Shown here one piece after another: positions 54,901-64,000 of a stretch of DNA of 64,000 nt. Each line of letters begins with the position of its first letter. Within the stretch, counting starts at the first letter, position 1. The position numbers were made by a program, and so were the translations under genes. The DNA lies in NCBI GenBank assembly GCA_002633005.1, contig NMRA01000290.1, positions 329,943-393,942 on the forward strand, read 5' to 3'. The notes under the pieces were generated by a model. It did not search any database. It had not been told where the DNA came from and was given only the letters and a program-made list of their open reading frames with translations. The DNA is from Phoronis australis (taxonomy: Eukaryota; Animalia; Phoronida).

Positions 54901-57900
54901 GAGAACACACACGGGGTCCATGAATTTCATTTTTGCTCAAGAGAGATTCAATTATTTTTCAGAAATAGTTGTGTTGAACATAAGACCACATTTGTGACTT
55001 AAGTCTTCAATCACTCTCCATGAAACAAACGCAACAACATTTAAATTGGAAATCTGAGTCAGTGGGTGGATGTTAAACATCACAGACATGGAGTTGGCCG
55101 GTTGAGCCAAAACCGTTACAAAATTCTAACATATATGACAAAATCTATGGCTTGGTTACATAGCTCACTTCTCCATTGAAAGGGATTGTGCTGGTACCTG
55201 GGCTATTCACTAGTGGATGCTTTGTAACAGGTAATAACAGTGTAACTACAAGGACATAGATAAGTGTAAAATTTCTAATTAACAATGCTTCAGTTTGGGA
55301 CAAAATTCCGTGAACAAGTGGCATTGTTCTTGTCAAATTTCAGGACATTTTACTTTGTGTTTATCATGGTATGCATAGTACAGCCATCACCCAATAACAT
55401 TTGGTGAAAACAAGAGTAAATACACTGATAAGTAAGTCCATTAAAGAGGCCATTCCAGCATTCATTTTGTACCAAATTGAAGAACTTTACAGCAATCATA
55501 TCCTCCAAGTGCTCTGAAATCTAATTAATCAAGGCAACATAAAATTTCACCATAACAACAACCTACAGACCTCACTCAGACTTTTGGACTATCGTGTCAA
55601 CTTATTATAGTCAAACTTACATCCACATCATGTGTTTAAGACTTATCTCAATATTTCCACTGATACATGTAGTAGTATTTTGTTGTCGTGATAAGGTTTA
55701 TTATCAGCTTCAATCCCTGTTTTGATCAGGAGACTGGGGTTATTTCATAGCCAAACGACAAGGTTACTGTGCAGCTGTACCATAGGTGACATAAATGCAG
55801 AACTACGATCGTTTGCCTTTGCTTGGCCTGAAAGATCACTGTGACAGATGCCCTCACCCTTGTGACCAAATCTTAGAGACAGGCCTCATATAACGCACTA
55901 TTTGTGATTCCAAGTGACATCATTTGGAAGTAAGACTTCATGAACTAAAGTGTATTTAACTAATGTTACTGTTACATTGGAACAGATATGTTTCAATGTC
56001 GAGTGGAGTGTCATTTCAATTGCTTTTGACTTTGCATAATGTCACAGGAAGTATTTCTAAAACAAGGCAACTTTACGCAGTCTTCTAGATTATCCGCAAT
56101 AGTATTTTTGTTCAAGTGGAGCTTACATCTGTCATTTTTGGTCTTCAAACCACAGTCAAACTTGTTTCACATTTCTTTGAAATGAAAGAATTTCAGGCAT
56201 CTTCAAGTGCACTCAACGTAATGTCCACAAAGATTGTTTGATACAGAATTCTCATATTATTAAAAGATAACATTTCAAGGAGTACATACTCATCCACTTC
56301 ATCACATGTCTCCAGACTCCACACCCTTACTGAGGCGTCCTGACTTGCCGACATGATGAACGGGCCATATGGATAGATAGTCAGAGCAGTGATAACATCC
56401 GAATGACCCACGAAGACCAGCTGGAGGTTCCAATTGTCATTCCAAACTTTAACTGCATGCAAAAGGTAAACTTTAACTAGATTTCTGTCAATTCTTTAAA
56501 AGGAGTAGCATTTTAAGGAAAATGTGCCACTTATTTGGTCAGAGCAAGTTCAATACTTAGACAAAGCTGATGACAAAATGTTACCATGATACATTTAGCA
56601 GTACATCTGATAATGCTGCAAATAGTAAAAACATGAACATCAAATATTTGTTTTATGAATAGGAATATATTCAGCTCATACTTTTTGGTCCTCAGACAAA
56701 CAATGTTTTAAGAACTTTTCTGAAACCATACACAAACAATGCAAAAGTAAGCCTTGCACTCAAAACAGCAAACAAGCAATCCAGCGGTCACTCTTAATAT
56801 TTAGACAGACGCTCTAGATTCAAAGAACTGTCTCATTGAACACTATGACCAGATAATAAATCCCGTAAACAGACCGAAAACTTAGTGGACAGGGACTCTG
56901 ATCCAATGGAACACCAGATACAACAGGCTCATTGTGATTCCAGCTGATTGGTCAACATAAGTAAGAGTAGATTCACCATTTCTACCCCCTGCACTGTTGT
57001 TCACTCACTTGAGCCGTCTCTAGCACCAGTGATGAGGAACTTCATAGGGTTGAAGAATAACAGAGAAGAGATGTTCCTCACATGTAGCTCCTTCTTGAAC
57101 GCTATCAGTTTCCCTTCATAAATGTTGAATACCTGTCAATTATAATAAAACAATAATAATCACAGACGGTCTGGAACACGTCGTATACGAAGTGCGCAGG
57201 CCGCCCATGAGGGCCCATTGCACTGATCACCTGGAAATATTTTTTGTGCTTTATTAATATATGGTTAAAACCGAGCTGAGGAGCTAGAAACCTGACTCAA
57301 GGGATTAGCAGTGTGACCTGGTGGTACTCGAGCCCAATTAAAGAAAGTGGGCTTCTGTCACATCACGCCACACTGCCGCTACCTCTCAATTAAGCATCGC
57401 AACAATGTTTTAAGTGCAACACTGTAACTGCAACGCTGTTTTTGGTGCAAGTATGACTAAGCAAATGTCAATGAGATAAAAGATTGAAAGCGAATCTCAA
57501 AATGCATCAAATAAATACATAGATTAGCAAATGTTTTTAGTGAAAGATCCTCGAGGGACACGTCATCCAATTACGCTGTTAGTTAAATGCAAACTATCAG
57601 GCAGGGCTGAATTGTGTAGACCTAAAACACTCATGAGAAAAGTAGTGACCATGTGCTTCTCTTATGCTGCATGATGATATCTTGCAAAGACTTGGGTGAT
57701 TTCCTTTTCCTTGTAAGAAATTTGGTTTACAGAACACAGCCAAGGTTACATATCCCCAAGTTAGCTGTGATGCCCCCAAATGTTTATGAGTCATTAAATA
57801 TCCCACAATGCATTTGAAAAAAGACAGCAGCACCATAGATGAAATCACCTATTTTATTTCATGAGTATTTTATCAACAGTTTGCTGTGTATTTATCCGTG

Positions 57901-60744
57901 AGTTTTATAATCGTATGACTTGTACAAATTTTAGACGCATGAAACCTAAAAAGCTAAGCATCAGAATATCATTCATTGTTGCACGATATCAAAAGTATTA
58001 CACATCAATACCACAAATGCATCAAGAATGGCGAGATTGATATAAAAAAGAGAATGGAAAACATTTAAGAGCATACTGATTGTGTGACTGTTCTGATGAA
58101 GGTGCTACGAAAAAGTGGACTCTGGGAAAATAGGAACATTATGGAAACATTTTTACATATTACAAACTTTGAGTAATATGTTTAAATATTACACATATAA
58201 CACGTTGATGGGAAACATGGAAAACAGTTGCTTTTGCTATGCTTCTCTCCAACAGGCTTTACAAAAATGCTAAAATTGTGAGGATTGGACAGTAATACTC
58301 ACAGCTACTCCTGGGCCACAAGCGCAGAAGGCTCTCTGGTTCCTACTTGCCGTCTGCTCCAGCGTGAGTAGAGACAACTTGACGTCTGCTACAGTTATGT
58401 CAAGGGTTGTCTTACGTGGAATTAAGTGACGGTTACCATAACGAAAGACCCACGACTGAAATTAAGTTTAGTATACTTATCATTAAATTGATACCTAGTG
58501 TGATTATGAAAGACATTTATCTGAATTCAATTTCCATAACAAAAGTAATGTTAGCTTCCAAGAAAATTAATTGCTTGAAAATTTGTTTGTAGATGCTGAC
58601 ACTACTACTTAGGACCCAATCACAAGCCTTTGATCCTGTCTAACATTTAGCTGTCTACAACTTCACAAGCCTTTCACAAAACAAGTAAACGGACTTTTAC
58701 TAAATCAACAGAAGACAATGCAGCAGGCTAAGCTTTTTTGGGCCACACATAATATGACAGGGGAGCATCTCCAAATATTGTCAAATAGTTACACAATCAC
58801 TTACTGTTATACATCCTAATCCTCCAGTGACAATTTCATTTGTGTTCTCATTATAAATCATAGTATAGATCTCAGTCTGGGCTTTAGTAACTGAGTAGAC
58901 ATTCAGCAAGGAGTCCATGAGCTGAAATAAAAAAAAACAATGAGTGGAAAATGACCAACCTCGATAGAACTCTAGACGTCTTAATCTTTTTGACTTAACA
59001 AAGTCATGCGGATTGCAACTTTACTCCAGCAAGTCTGAGTTTGAACAGAAAAATATTGAGTCTAAATGCTTGCAAATTGAATCCCCAATCCTGAAGAGAG
59101 TCGACTCAAAAGCAAAAAACAACAAGAGATTTGACATAATGGCAAAGGCTCTTCATGACAGAACAACAACTGTCAATTTCAATGCAAACAAGTAGAAAAT
59201 TTAAATATGTGAAAATGAAACTGCAACTTGATATCTTCTGTAAACATAAATGTAGCTCCAATGAAAAAGCATAAAAATCCCTGTCCAAAGAACAGCCCGC
59301 AGTTCTTTGAGGAATCTTTCCTATACAATAGCAAAACTTTCTTCCAACTTCGTGCTTCCCCCAACATACCACCATCTTGGAATCTCCATTCAGCCAACCC
59401 ACATATTGGTCAATGAGTGTAGCATAACACAGTCGGTTGATTGATTCTTCAAGAGACACAACTTCCTTTTTACGCCCATCTGGATAGTAGAATCGGATCT
59501 GATTATCTTCAACAGAGAGGTATTCCTGAAATTGAAAACAGTCCTGTGAAACAAACCACCCTCTGACTCACTGATGTTGAATGCCAAGTCTACTGCCTTA
59601 GTAGGTTTTGATGTCAAGGGCATGACGATTAGGATTTTTAACTACCTGAGCTAGAAAGTTGGTCTCAGTTTGTTTCTTGTTCAGACTGGAAATTATTATT
59701 GGCTTTGGGAGGAAACACAGTTTGTTATTGACTAAGAGTGAACTTGTGTTGGCTGTCAAGGCTGATACTGACACATAGGATTAATGTAGATTTTTGTTAT
59801 CAACAAATTTCAATATTGAGGAAAAAAGGAATATAATAACATTATTTTAAAAGTGCAAATATTCCTGTGGAGAATGATGATTTTGAAATTATGCTTTGCA
59901 GGGGCTTTAACCTGTTACTTGGTGGCTGCAGGTTCCACAGTCGCTTACCACATCCTACTGCAGTTCCAAACCCAACAGCATCATTTTGAACATTAAATAC
60001 GGTGTAAAATTTCTCAAATTTGGGATGGTGAAAAAATATTTATTTTGCTCAAGGTCGAAGCTTGTACCGAAATTCAGAAATTTCCAAAACTGACCACACG
60101 CAACTTCAAGAATTAGGGGAAAGACGGCAAATTTACCCATGTTACATGATGTACAAAATAATGCACTATTTACGAACATCCCATTCTATTTTCTGGCCAT
60201 TTTAAGCAAAACACACAGAATACGAATTTGAGAAACATCATAAAAGCAAGAATCGCCAATGTCTCTAATTTCAGAATCAGGAAAATTCAATTTCTGCCTG
60301 ATCTCGGTGTCCCAAATATAAGCGACTGTCCCAAATAGGAGAGCTTTTACTGCATGAGATATAAATTCACTTAATCCCAATATCACAGCCCAATTTCAAC
60401 TCCATTACCTAACCACACTGAATGACATTCACTAATTAGCACATCTCTAACCAAGCAACATTTATTTAGCACATTGTATACATTACCTTGGTATTGGGAT
60501 TCACAATCACTTGCACAACAGGTTGGTTGGTGCACAGTTTCCTGACCGGCATCACACCATGATTGACATGTATTTCTTCATTGTCTGCCCTCTGCACTGC
60601 ACTAACTGTTGCACGGACAGAATCGCGCAGCAGCTTCCAGTACTGCTGAGCCCGCGTTAACTGTTTCTCCACCACAATACCATGGTCAGTGGAAGTCATG
60701 TGACTGGCCTCTTTAGAGGCAACACCCACTTCTCCAGGGGGCAT
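6697..60744 (-). CDS. WDR97: WD repeat-containing protein 97-like; 27-exon base model of about 1493 aa, plus candidate cassette exons. The terminal exon is present twice (6697-6935 and 5992-6230)
   Basis: Phase-consistent chain of GT-AG exons totalling 4482 nt. It contains WD40 motifs (FVGHSDVITALTIYPYGPFIMSASQDASVRVWS; DHTDSMTGLDCC..LFASSSHDGTIRVWD). Segments such as RAQQYWKLLRDSV..VNHGVMPVRKL and IKLNASPNCVAFCSNAGDILVAIGNH..YLPRVYL resemble WDR97/KIAA1875 as recalled. Confidence 0.88.
8889..8965 (-). CDS. WDR97: WDR97 penultimate exon (KPNLVRLGEMHTSRCRPERETTYDV)
   Basis: ttttttcag acceptor, GTGAGT donor, 77 nt, phase 2-1. Confidence 0.85.
9340..9480 (-). mobile_element. Degenerate tRNA-like/SINE-type dispersed repeat; related copy at about 37130-37240
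   Basis: B-box-like gtttgattct / ggttcaatcc on the - strand; shared ..gcagt.. and tatt(t)ttaagcata...caacctt tail between the two copies. Confidence 0.35.
9970..10625. repeat. Highly degenerate purine-rich tandem repeat
   Basis: Recurring blocks gatgtagcagaa..caagatggaaagccaacagaacaaag, gattgtaagcataaa and aaatggaaa. Confidence 0.6.
12910..13115 (-). CDS. WDR97: WDR97 exon (KHATPESLNVTF...TYVEAINYFCEIEHEKE...KNTVLVLPRLQ)
   Basis: tttcag acceptor, GTAGGT donor, 206 nt, phase 0-2. Confidence 0.87.
14398..14487 (-). CDS. Candidate cassette exon (HTYQHRYKMVLQNVNNISKLMHDIALNQVQ)
   Basis: Acceptor preceded by a (CT)n polypyrimidine tract, CAG|GTATGC donor, 90 nt, phase 0-0, open frame. Confidence 0.6.
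14510..14533. repeat. (GA)n microsatellite
   Basis: gagagagagagagagagagagaga; reads as a (CT)n polypyrimidine tract on the - strand. Confidence 0.9.
16307..16360 (-). CDS. Candidate cassette exon (LAARDLYVFFNMYQLSGK)
   Basis: ctctgttcccttgtag acceptor, AAG|GTAGAC donor, 54 nt, phase 0-0, open frame. Confidence 0.5.
16877..16991. repeat. Minisatellite, about 28-bp unit x4 (tctcaacatgactgtgtgtggcaacaca)
   Basis: Direct tandem copies with no unique spacers. Confidence 0.92.
17386..17497 (-). CDS. WDR97: WDR97 exon (WITSFKIHIQDAMEKLQRG...KKEKTK)
   Basis: tttccag acceptor, GTTTGT donor, 112 nt, phase 2-0. Confidence 0.8.
18724..19202 (-). CDS. WDR97: WDR97 exon (TLPKPWTVDAFVQMLLRL...MGVNDPNDYFPKEMDNWD...SQWLEK)
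   Basis: Longest ORF in the track; ttttcag acceptor, GTGAGT donor, 479 nt, phase 0-2. Confidence 0.9.
20716..20961 (-). CDS. WDR97: WDR97 proline-rich exon (IPEPPQEEPVPEPP...PPPTPTPPPPREPTPVPDFIMQFKGEVWFDKYFPNCNHN)
   Basis: ctctag acceptor, GTGAGT donor, 246 nt, phase 0-0; PDF..QF....WF..FP motif. Confidence 0.88.
22539..22640 (-). CDS. Candidate cassette exon (TQEFLSEEHTLLPSVSPRSNRSRMSLRDDGVMIK)
   Basis: Pyrimidine-rich tag acceptor, AAG|GTATTG donor, 102 nt, phase 0-0, open frame. Confidence 0.6.
25167..25450. mobile_element. Foldback/MITE-like element with about 90-bp terminal inverted repeats and internal palindromic tandem units
   Basis: Left arm aacagcttattatttaaaatgacttattcttattaaaatgacataggc... 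is the reverse complement of the right arm ...gcctatgtcattttaataagaataactcattttaaataataagctgtt; AATA flanks both sides (possible 4-bp TSD). Confidence 0.8.
25558..25644 (-). CDS. Candidate cassette exon (AHSFLSRSCDTHSARSQTVGYSPLHQWTK)
   Basis: ttctctgtcctcacctag acceptor, AAG|GTATCA donor, 87 nt, phase 0-0, open frame. Confidence 0.5.
27435..27506 (-). CDS. Candidate cassette exon (HIDLESFRQSLTQGWKSAKDAVEK)
   Basis: tttcttcgtag acceptor, AAG|GTATTC donor, 72 nt, phase 0-0, open frame. Confidence 0.58.
28939..29001 (-). CDS. Candidate cassette exon (IVIQSDTPVPNSDELRGTPSD)
   Basis: ttctcttgtag acceptor, GTGAGT donor, 63 nt, phase 0-0, open frame. Confidence 0.62.
29151..29303. mobile_element. 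Small PIF/Harbinger-like MITE
   Basis: Imperfect 16-bp TIRs ggcccagttgcataaa / tttatgcaactcagcc, flanked by a CAG 3-bp duplication. Confidence 0.6.
29950..30122. repeat. Minisatellite, 57-bp unit x3 (tatgtttggattggcctgagtattcagtatcactgatatttgggcatcacaacacac)
   Basis: Three near-identical tandem copies; explains the repetitive ORF 29755..30120. Confidence 0.92.
30570..30596 (-). CDS. Candidate 27-nt microexon (MPPARPDSI)
   Basis: ctaaccgattttag acceptor with branch-point-like CTAAC, GTAAGT donor, phase 0-0. Confidence 0.55.
31313..31471 (-). CDS. WDR97: WDR97 symmetric exon (KTLSIRESSEIDFEDR...RPLTPIE)
   Basis: tttatag acceptor, GTGAGT donor, 159 nt, phase 0-0. Confidence 0.82.
36768..37050. 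repeat. Degenerate tandem repeat, about 87-bp unit x3
   Basis: Recurring aaa.t.a.ctacata.tac..g...gat.tgac...tctttgt.gcaact...attagtattgcat.aa..a.aaatagtaaa. Confidence 0.7.
38169..38303 (-). CDS. WDR97: WDR97 symmetric exon (LPDYTSLVFSSWSDSGDDLPP...LLKYNI)
   Basis: ctctcag acceptor, GTAAGT donor, 135 nt, phase 0-0, open frame, GC-rich. Confidence 0.7.
39547..39830 (-). CDS. WDR97: WDR97 exon (VEPYVPEREPTGFFP...HGFIPNSVLIRLLWP...KRNSK)
   Basis: ttttag acceptor, GTATGG donor, 284 nt, phase 1-0; GFIPNSV motif. Confidence 0.88.
41100..41166 (-). CDS. WDR97: WDR97 exon (VPEENFFEDDDVKDAMKPEPVP)
   Basis: aag acceptor, GTAATG donor, 67 nt, phase 0-1. Confidence 0.8.
41890..42042 (-). CDS. WDR97: WDR97 exon (MFALLQARDEELRQIKQG...FYDRPNVE)
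   Basis: tttcag acceptor, GTTGGT donor, 153 nt, phase 0-0. Confidence 0.85.
42861..42936 (-). CDS. WDR97: WDR97 exon (YTHFVDVLSAEETEEVMREQKLRDK)
   Basis: ttttag acceptor, weak GTCTTA donor, 76 nt, phase 2-0 as the chain requires. Confidence 0.8.
46209..46820. repeat. Tandem duplication of about 305 bp (46209-46513 and 46515-46820) separated by a single N
   Basis: Copies nearly identical; N at 46514; rich in ACGCA/TGCGT words. Confidence 0.92.
47160..47307 (-). CDS. WDR97: WDR97 exon (YLPRVYLNRKAMM...AAHSSFK)
   Basis: ttccag acceptor, GTAAGG donor, 148 nt, phase 1-2. Confidence 0.88.
47693..47799 (-). CDS. WDR97: WDR97 exon (CIKLNASPNCVAFCSNAGDILVAIGNHVHMISHAN)
   Basis: ttgcag acceptor, GTAAGT donor, 107 nt, phase 2-1. 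Confidence 0.9.
48481..48619 (-). CDS. WDR97: WDR97 exon (RSDHTPDNDHTDSMTGLDCC...IRVWDENNKLVR)
   Basis: WD40 repeat; ttcag acceptor, GTGAGT donor, 139 nt, phase 1-2. Confidence 0.92.
48891..49073 (-). CDS. WDR97: WDR97 exon (DNIIKIWRVFPFAEETLNPLMSFYCAHTP...)
   Basis: ctgtag acceptor, GTAAGT donor, 183 nt, phase 1-1. Confidence 0.9.
49590..49662 (-). CDS. WDR97: WDR97 exon (AHGGKGLLGMVANTKDDQLISSGR)
   Basis: ccag acceptor, GTGAGT donor, 73 nt, phase 0-1. Confidence 0.85.
50741..50958 (-). CDS. WDR97: WDR97 exon (LYDKLLMYEYV...ILLAARKDGYICVLNWLTGNIEFKIE)
   Basis: ttctag acceptor, GTGAGC donor, 218 nt, phase 1-0. Confidence 0.85.
52846..52947 (-). CDS. WDR97: WDR97 exon (DILFASLSNGNILKYRTDNNPC...)
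   Basis: ttccag acceptor, GTAAGT donor, 102 nt, phase 1-1. Confidence 0.85.
53272..53450 (-). CDS. WDR97: WDR97 exon (HKVKQMKMTIHPDFPYRC...AYAIEE)
   Basis: tttcag acceptor, GTAACA donor, 179 nt, phase 2-1. Confidence 0.85.
53861..53989 (-). CDS. WDR97: WDR97 exon (VETEEPIEGMG...SIDLWRVKHVHELHTSIG)
   Basis: tttttttag acceptor, GTGAGC donor, 129 nt, phase 2-2. Confidence 0.85.
56290..56452 (-). CDS. WDR97: WDR97 exon (KVWNDNWNLQLVFVGHSDVIT...VRVWSLETCDEVDE)
   Basis: Canonical GH..WD40 repeat; 163 nt, phase 1-2. Confidence 0.92.
57009..57132 (-). CDS. WDR97: WDR97 exon (VFNIYEGK...LITGARDGS)
   Basis: AG acceptor, GTGAGT donor, 124 nt, phase 0-1, WD40-like LITGARDG. Confidence 0.88.
58303..58455 (-). 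CDS. WDR97: WDR97 exon (SWVFRYGNRHLIPRK...CGPGVA)
   Basis: tttcag acceptor, GTGAGT donor, 153 nt, phase 0-0. Confidence 0.85.
58805..58921 (-). CDS. WDR97: WDR97 exon (LMDSLLNVY...EIVTGGLGCIT)
   Basis: tttcag acceptor, GTAAGT donor, 117 nt, phase 0-0. Confidence 0.85.
59370..59525 (-). CDS. WDR97: WDR97 exon (EYLSVEDNQIRFYYPDG...GDSKMV)
   Basis: tttcag acceptor, GTATGT donor, 156 nt, phase 0-0, open frame. Confidence 0.85.
60487..60744 (-). CDS. WDR97: WDR97 first coding exon (MPPGEVG...VIVNPNTK); the exon continues as 5'UTR to an acceptor at 60795
   Basis: ATG in GTCACCATG context with an in-frame upstream TGA; donor GTAATG; 258 nt, phase 0. Confidence 0.85.
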
Positions 60745-62829
60745 GGTGACTTCTCACAGGTGACGTTTTAATTCTAACATCACAGCAAAAGCATTCTGAA
60801 AGAAAAAATAAATCTATAAATAAACTCTTCAATGCATGTATACATCCATTTTAAGGCTATGAAGGACCCTAGAAAAATGTCCAAAATTTAACTAATTATT
60901 GAACATCATATCTCTAAAATGCTTGATCAAATTCATGTAAAACGTTCAGTGGTAGTTGTGTTTACTGGCAATGCTCGCAAGCGGCTATGATATTGTGGTT
61001 TGCAAGCCATGGTGCTGGATTATTCACAAACATAAAATACCAACTCACTATCAATCTCAAATGGGGGATTGTAAGCGGTATAATAGGGGTACTATAGAAT
61101 TAAGCAAATAAAGTGAAAGCAAAATTAACACGATACACAAGCACTGACAAAAATCTATGCAACAACAGACAATAAGATGCAAATTTCTTCCACTGAACTT
61201 TTGCACTTTTAACAATCATGCAGTACCAAGAATAAGGTTAGCACTGGGAGAATATATATATTTGCACAGATGCCAAAAATGATGTATGCTGTTGATGTTA
61301 TCAAGAACTTTTGGCAACATCTAAAACACTGGTTGCAGCACATCAATCAATCTTATTCAATGAACTCATGCTTTCTGAATTCCCATCGTGTTGTACAGTC
61401 AAATGAAAACCTATCTAACACGCTCCCTAGTCTGGGCCATTGCTCATTGGCTGACCAGTTTGGATGCTCGGCTCACATGCCAGAGGCCCATGTTTGAATC
61501 CCGGAGTTGGAAAAAGTGGCACCCAACTAAAGAAAGACCCATCACCCTGAGAAGAACGCCAGTCTTCGAAGTAGCGAATGGAGAAAGTTCCTGTCTGGAG
61601 GCAGTGGGCCCACAATACAGGAAGAGTGATGCTTAAGGTAAACTTCAGGACGCTAAAAGCGTTGCTAAGATTTGAACCAGGTATCATGCCTGTTCAACAT
61701 ATGGCACCTGAGTCTTGAGTGTTGTATCACCTCACTTCCGGTTGTGTCATACAGTACAACAAAGGCATCTCTATATAACACTTGCTAGGCTAGTAGACAT
61801 TAGAGTAAAAGTATTTTTCAACAATGGCTCACAACAGAACTGGTAGCAAGCTGGTCATTCACTGGAGGTATGTGACCAGTGCCAAGTACTAAAGTTTGAA
61901 GTAATTGCCGAGATCACCAGACTTAAAATCGAACCACCAACCCTCGACTAAACTGTAGTTAAAACTCACCTTGTTTCCAGTTTCGGTATCACTTGATAAG
62001 GCCAAAGAGCAATTTCCCATAAGCAATTGATTACAAGAGGCCTTTATATTACTACACTCACTGCATATTTACCCCACTGGCAAACTAACCATTTGCTAAC
62101 AGGCAATTGCCTGTTAGCAAGAGGCTTTGTCAAAGACGCTCATAACGCTCATGTGATTTATCGAAAGCACGTCTAGCGTAATCTCAGAATGCAACAGTCA
62201 ACACACACAAAACACTCAACACGGAAAAGACTAGACCCTGAAGTGAACACACCACAATACTCCATGAATATATAGTCATAGGCAATTCTGCAGCTGTTGC
62301 AAGAATTCAGACCCTTACGCACACACGCGGTGGTTTTGATGTCATATCCCCTGGCGTGCCAGTGTAAAAATGGCAAGTTACCACTTTTGGGAACTGAATG
62401 AGGCACTGTTTGAAGAAAAGTTCGATAACGGGGATATTTCTTCGAGTTGGAAGGAATTAAATACATCAATGGCCAGTCCTAAGGTACTGTCCTATGCGCA
62501 AAAGGTATTTATGACAATGTGACTTTGATGTTTCAGTCAGTGTGAGGCCTCCAACATTTGGGGCTCCACCTTCTCTACTGGGCCAGCTAGAGACGGTGAT
62601 CACTGACTACTTTAGGTCGGAGAATGCCCCATTACTACTACCAGGCTTGGCAGAACAGTCAAATGGTAATCGCATTGTCGAATAATTTAAATACTGAACC
62701 ATTTGATGACTCAAATTCACTCCCTTCCAATCACTGCACAAACTATGACTAGGTTTCCTTTCGAGTGTTTCACTTTTTCAACCAAAATGTGATTATTTAA
62801 ATCTATTTACCAATAACATAGCTTGAAAA

Positions 62830-62995
62830 ATGTCCGCCATTAGTTTTTGATCACCATGGATTTAATCTCGCGAGATTCTCCGAGTCGTCACAAAGCGCCA
62901 CCTGTAGCAGACGACGATAATGTTGTTGTGAATGTGAAAAAAGGGTAAACGGCTGAGTAACGGTCAGATTTGGCGAGTTTTAGACTACCGTGAGT
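62830..62995. promoter_or_regulatory. Probable bidirectional promoter region: AATCTCGCGAGATT palindrome (62864-62877), CCGCCATT YY1-like motif, + strand donor GTGAGT at 62990
   Basis: CpG-richer patch about 2 kb upstream of the WDR97 first coding exon. TCTCGCGAGA is the known CGCG/BANP promoter element. Confidence 0.55.
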
Positions 62996-64000
62996 ATTTT
63001 TATTCTTTCTGAACGATTGCACGTACCTTTTTACGTCACTTTCTCAGATTCATAAAAATTAAAGAAGTTAGACAGTCGATCATTCACTTTAGCCCACCTC
63101 AGTCGCTGATATTAGGCTTAGCCTTCGGCTAGGGTTTGTCTCTGTTTTGTCAAACTGACTATAATAAATAGATTGATTGATTGATTGAGTCCTCCAGGGT
63201 AGTACTAGTAGTAGTAGTACTAGTAGGCCTTGTACAAAAATGGGTGTCATTTAATTCTCAGATTATGCTTCAAGTAAGATTTTATGAAATGTCCGATATT
63301 TAGGGTCCCGGCGTCCGATCAATTAGGTACACTATGTCTGTGTAGGCAATGACCATCGCCTCTGTTGGCCCGAACCAGAGGCGATGCAGAGGCTATAGGC
63401 GCTCTGTACGCCGGAAGCTTTTCGGCGAATTATGTCTCGCACCGACTAAACCATCAAAGTCACGTTGTTATGAATACCTTTTGCGCATAGAGGAACACCT
63501 TAGGTCCTTAGGAGGTTGTCGATGTGTTTAAGTCCAGCTTCCAACTCTAACAAATACTCCCGTTATGAAACTTTTTCTTCGAGCAGTCCCTATTTCAGTT
63601 CCCAAAATCGTGAACTCACCATTTTTATACTGCGCACGCTCCAATTTTTACCGCGCTCGCTAGGTGATGTAACTTCATGACCTCAATCTTTAAGTAGGCC
63701 AAAGGTGAGCCATTGCGGTCTTGTCAGTCAAATGTTCGTTTCCAAAATGCCACCACTTATACTTGTCTTTAATTGGCGTTACTTGAAACTGATTGTATTT
63801 CAGTGAATTATTGTTTGTATTTGATAAAAATAAATGCTGTTGATATGACATTTAATAGTCTTTGTGCACATATTTGACATTTTAATGTTTAACAACACGG
63901 CAAATGCACGGCTGGTTCCCGGCAGCACGTACGCGAAGGGCAGGAACTTCAGCTTTCAAAGTTCGCCGGTAGGTCCGCAACTTCTGACCTTCGGCCTGGT

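Overview
This is AT-rich, intron-rich eukaryotic DNA, not prokaryotic, so most entries in the ORF track are noise. It is probably from a heterozygous marine invertebrate (inference from repeat style and single-N contig joins). Two spliced genes were rebuilt by hand from GT-AG boundaries with consistent exon phases. (1) A short INO80B/PAPA-1-like gene on the + strand (5 exons, 164..4584, about 147 aa, PAPA-1 region plus zf-HIT finger). (2) A large WDR97-like WD40 gene on the - strand (27 exons in the base model, 60744 down to 6697 or 5992, about 1490 aa) that fills almost the whole window and converges tail-to-tail on the first gene. A probable bidirectional promoter with a TCTCGCGAGA palindrome lies near 62.9 kb. 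The most notable signal is a dense set of small, frame-preserving phase-0 candidate cassette exons and microexons in the low-complexity middle and C-terminal part of WDR97, plus a candidate frame-shifting exon pair that would end the protein after the WD40 region. Introns carry MITE-like foldback elements and minisatellites. Two tandem duplications abut single Ns and are most likely haplotype or overlap assembly artefacts. I found no CRISPR array, rRNA, intact tRNA or autonomous transposase, and no clearly novel multi-gene system.
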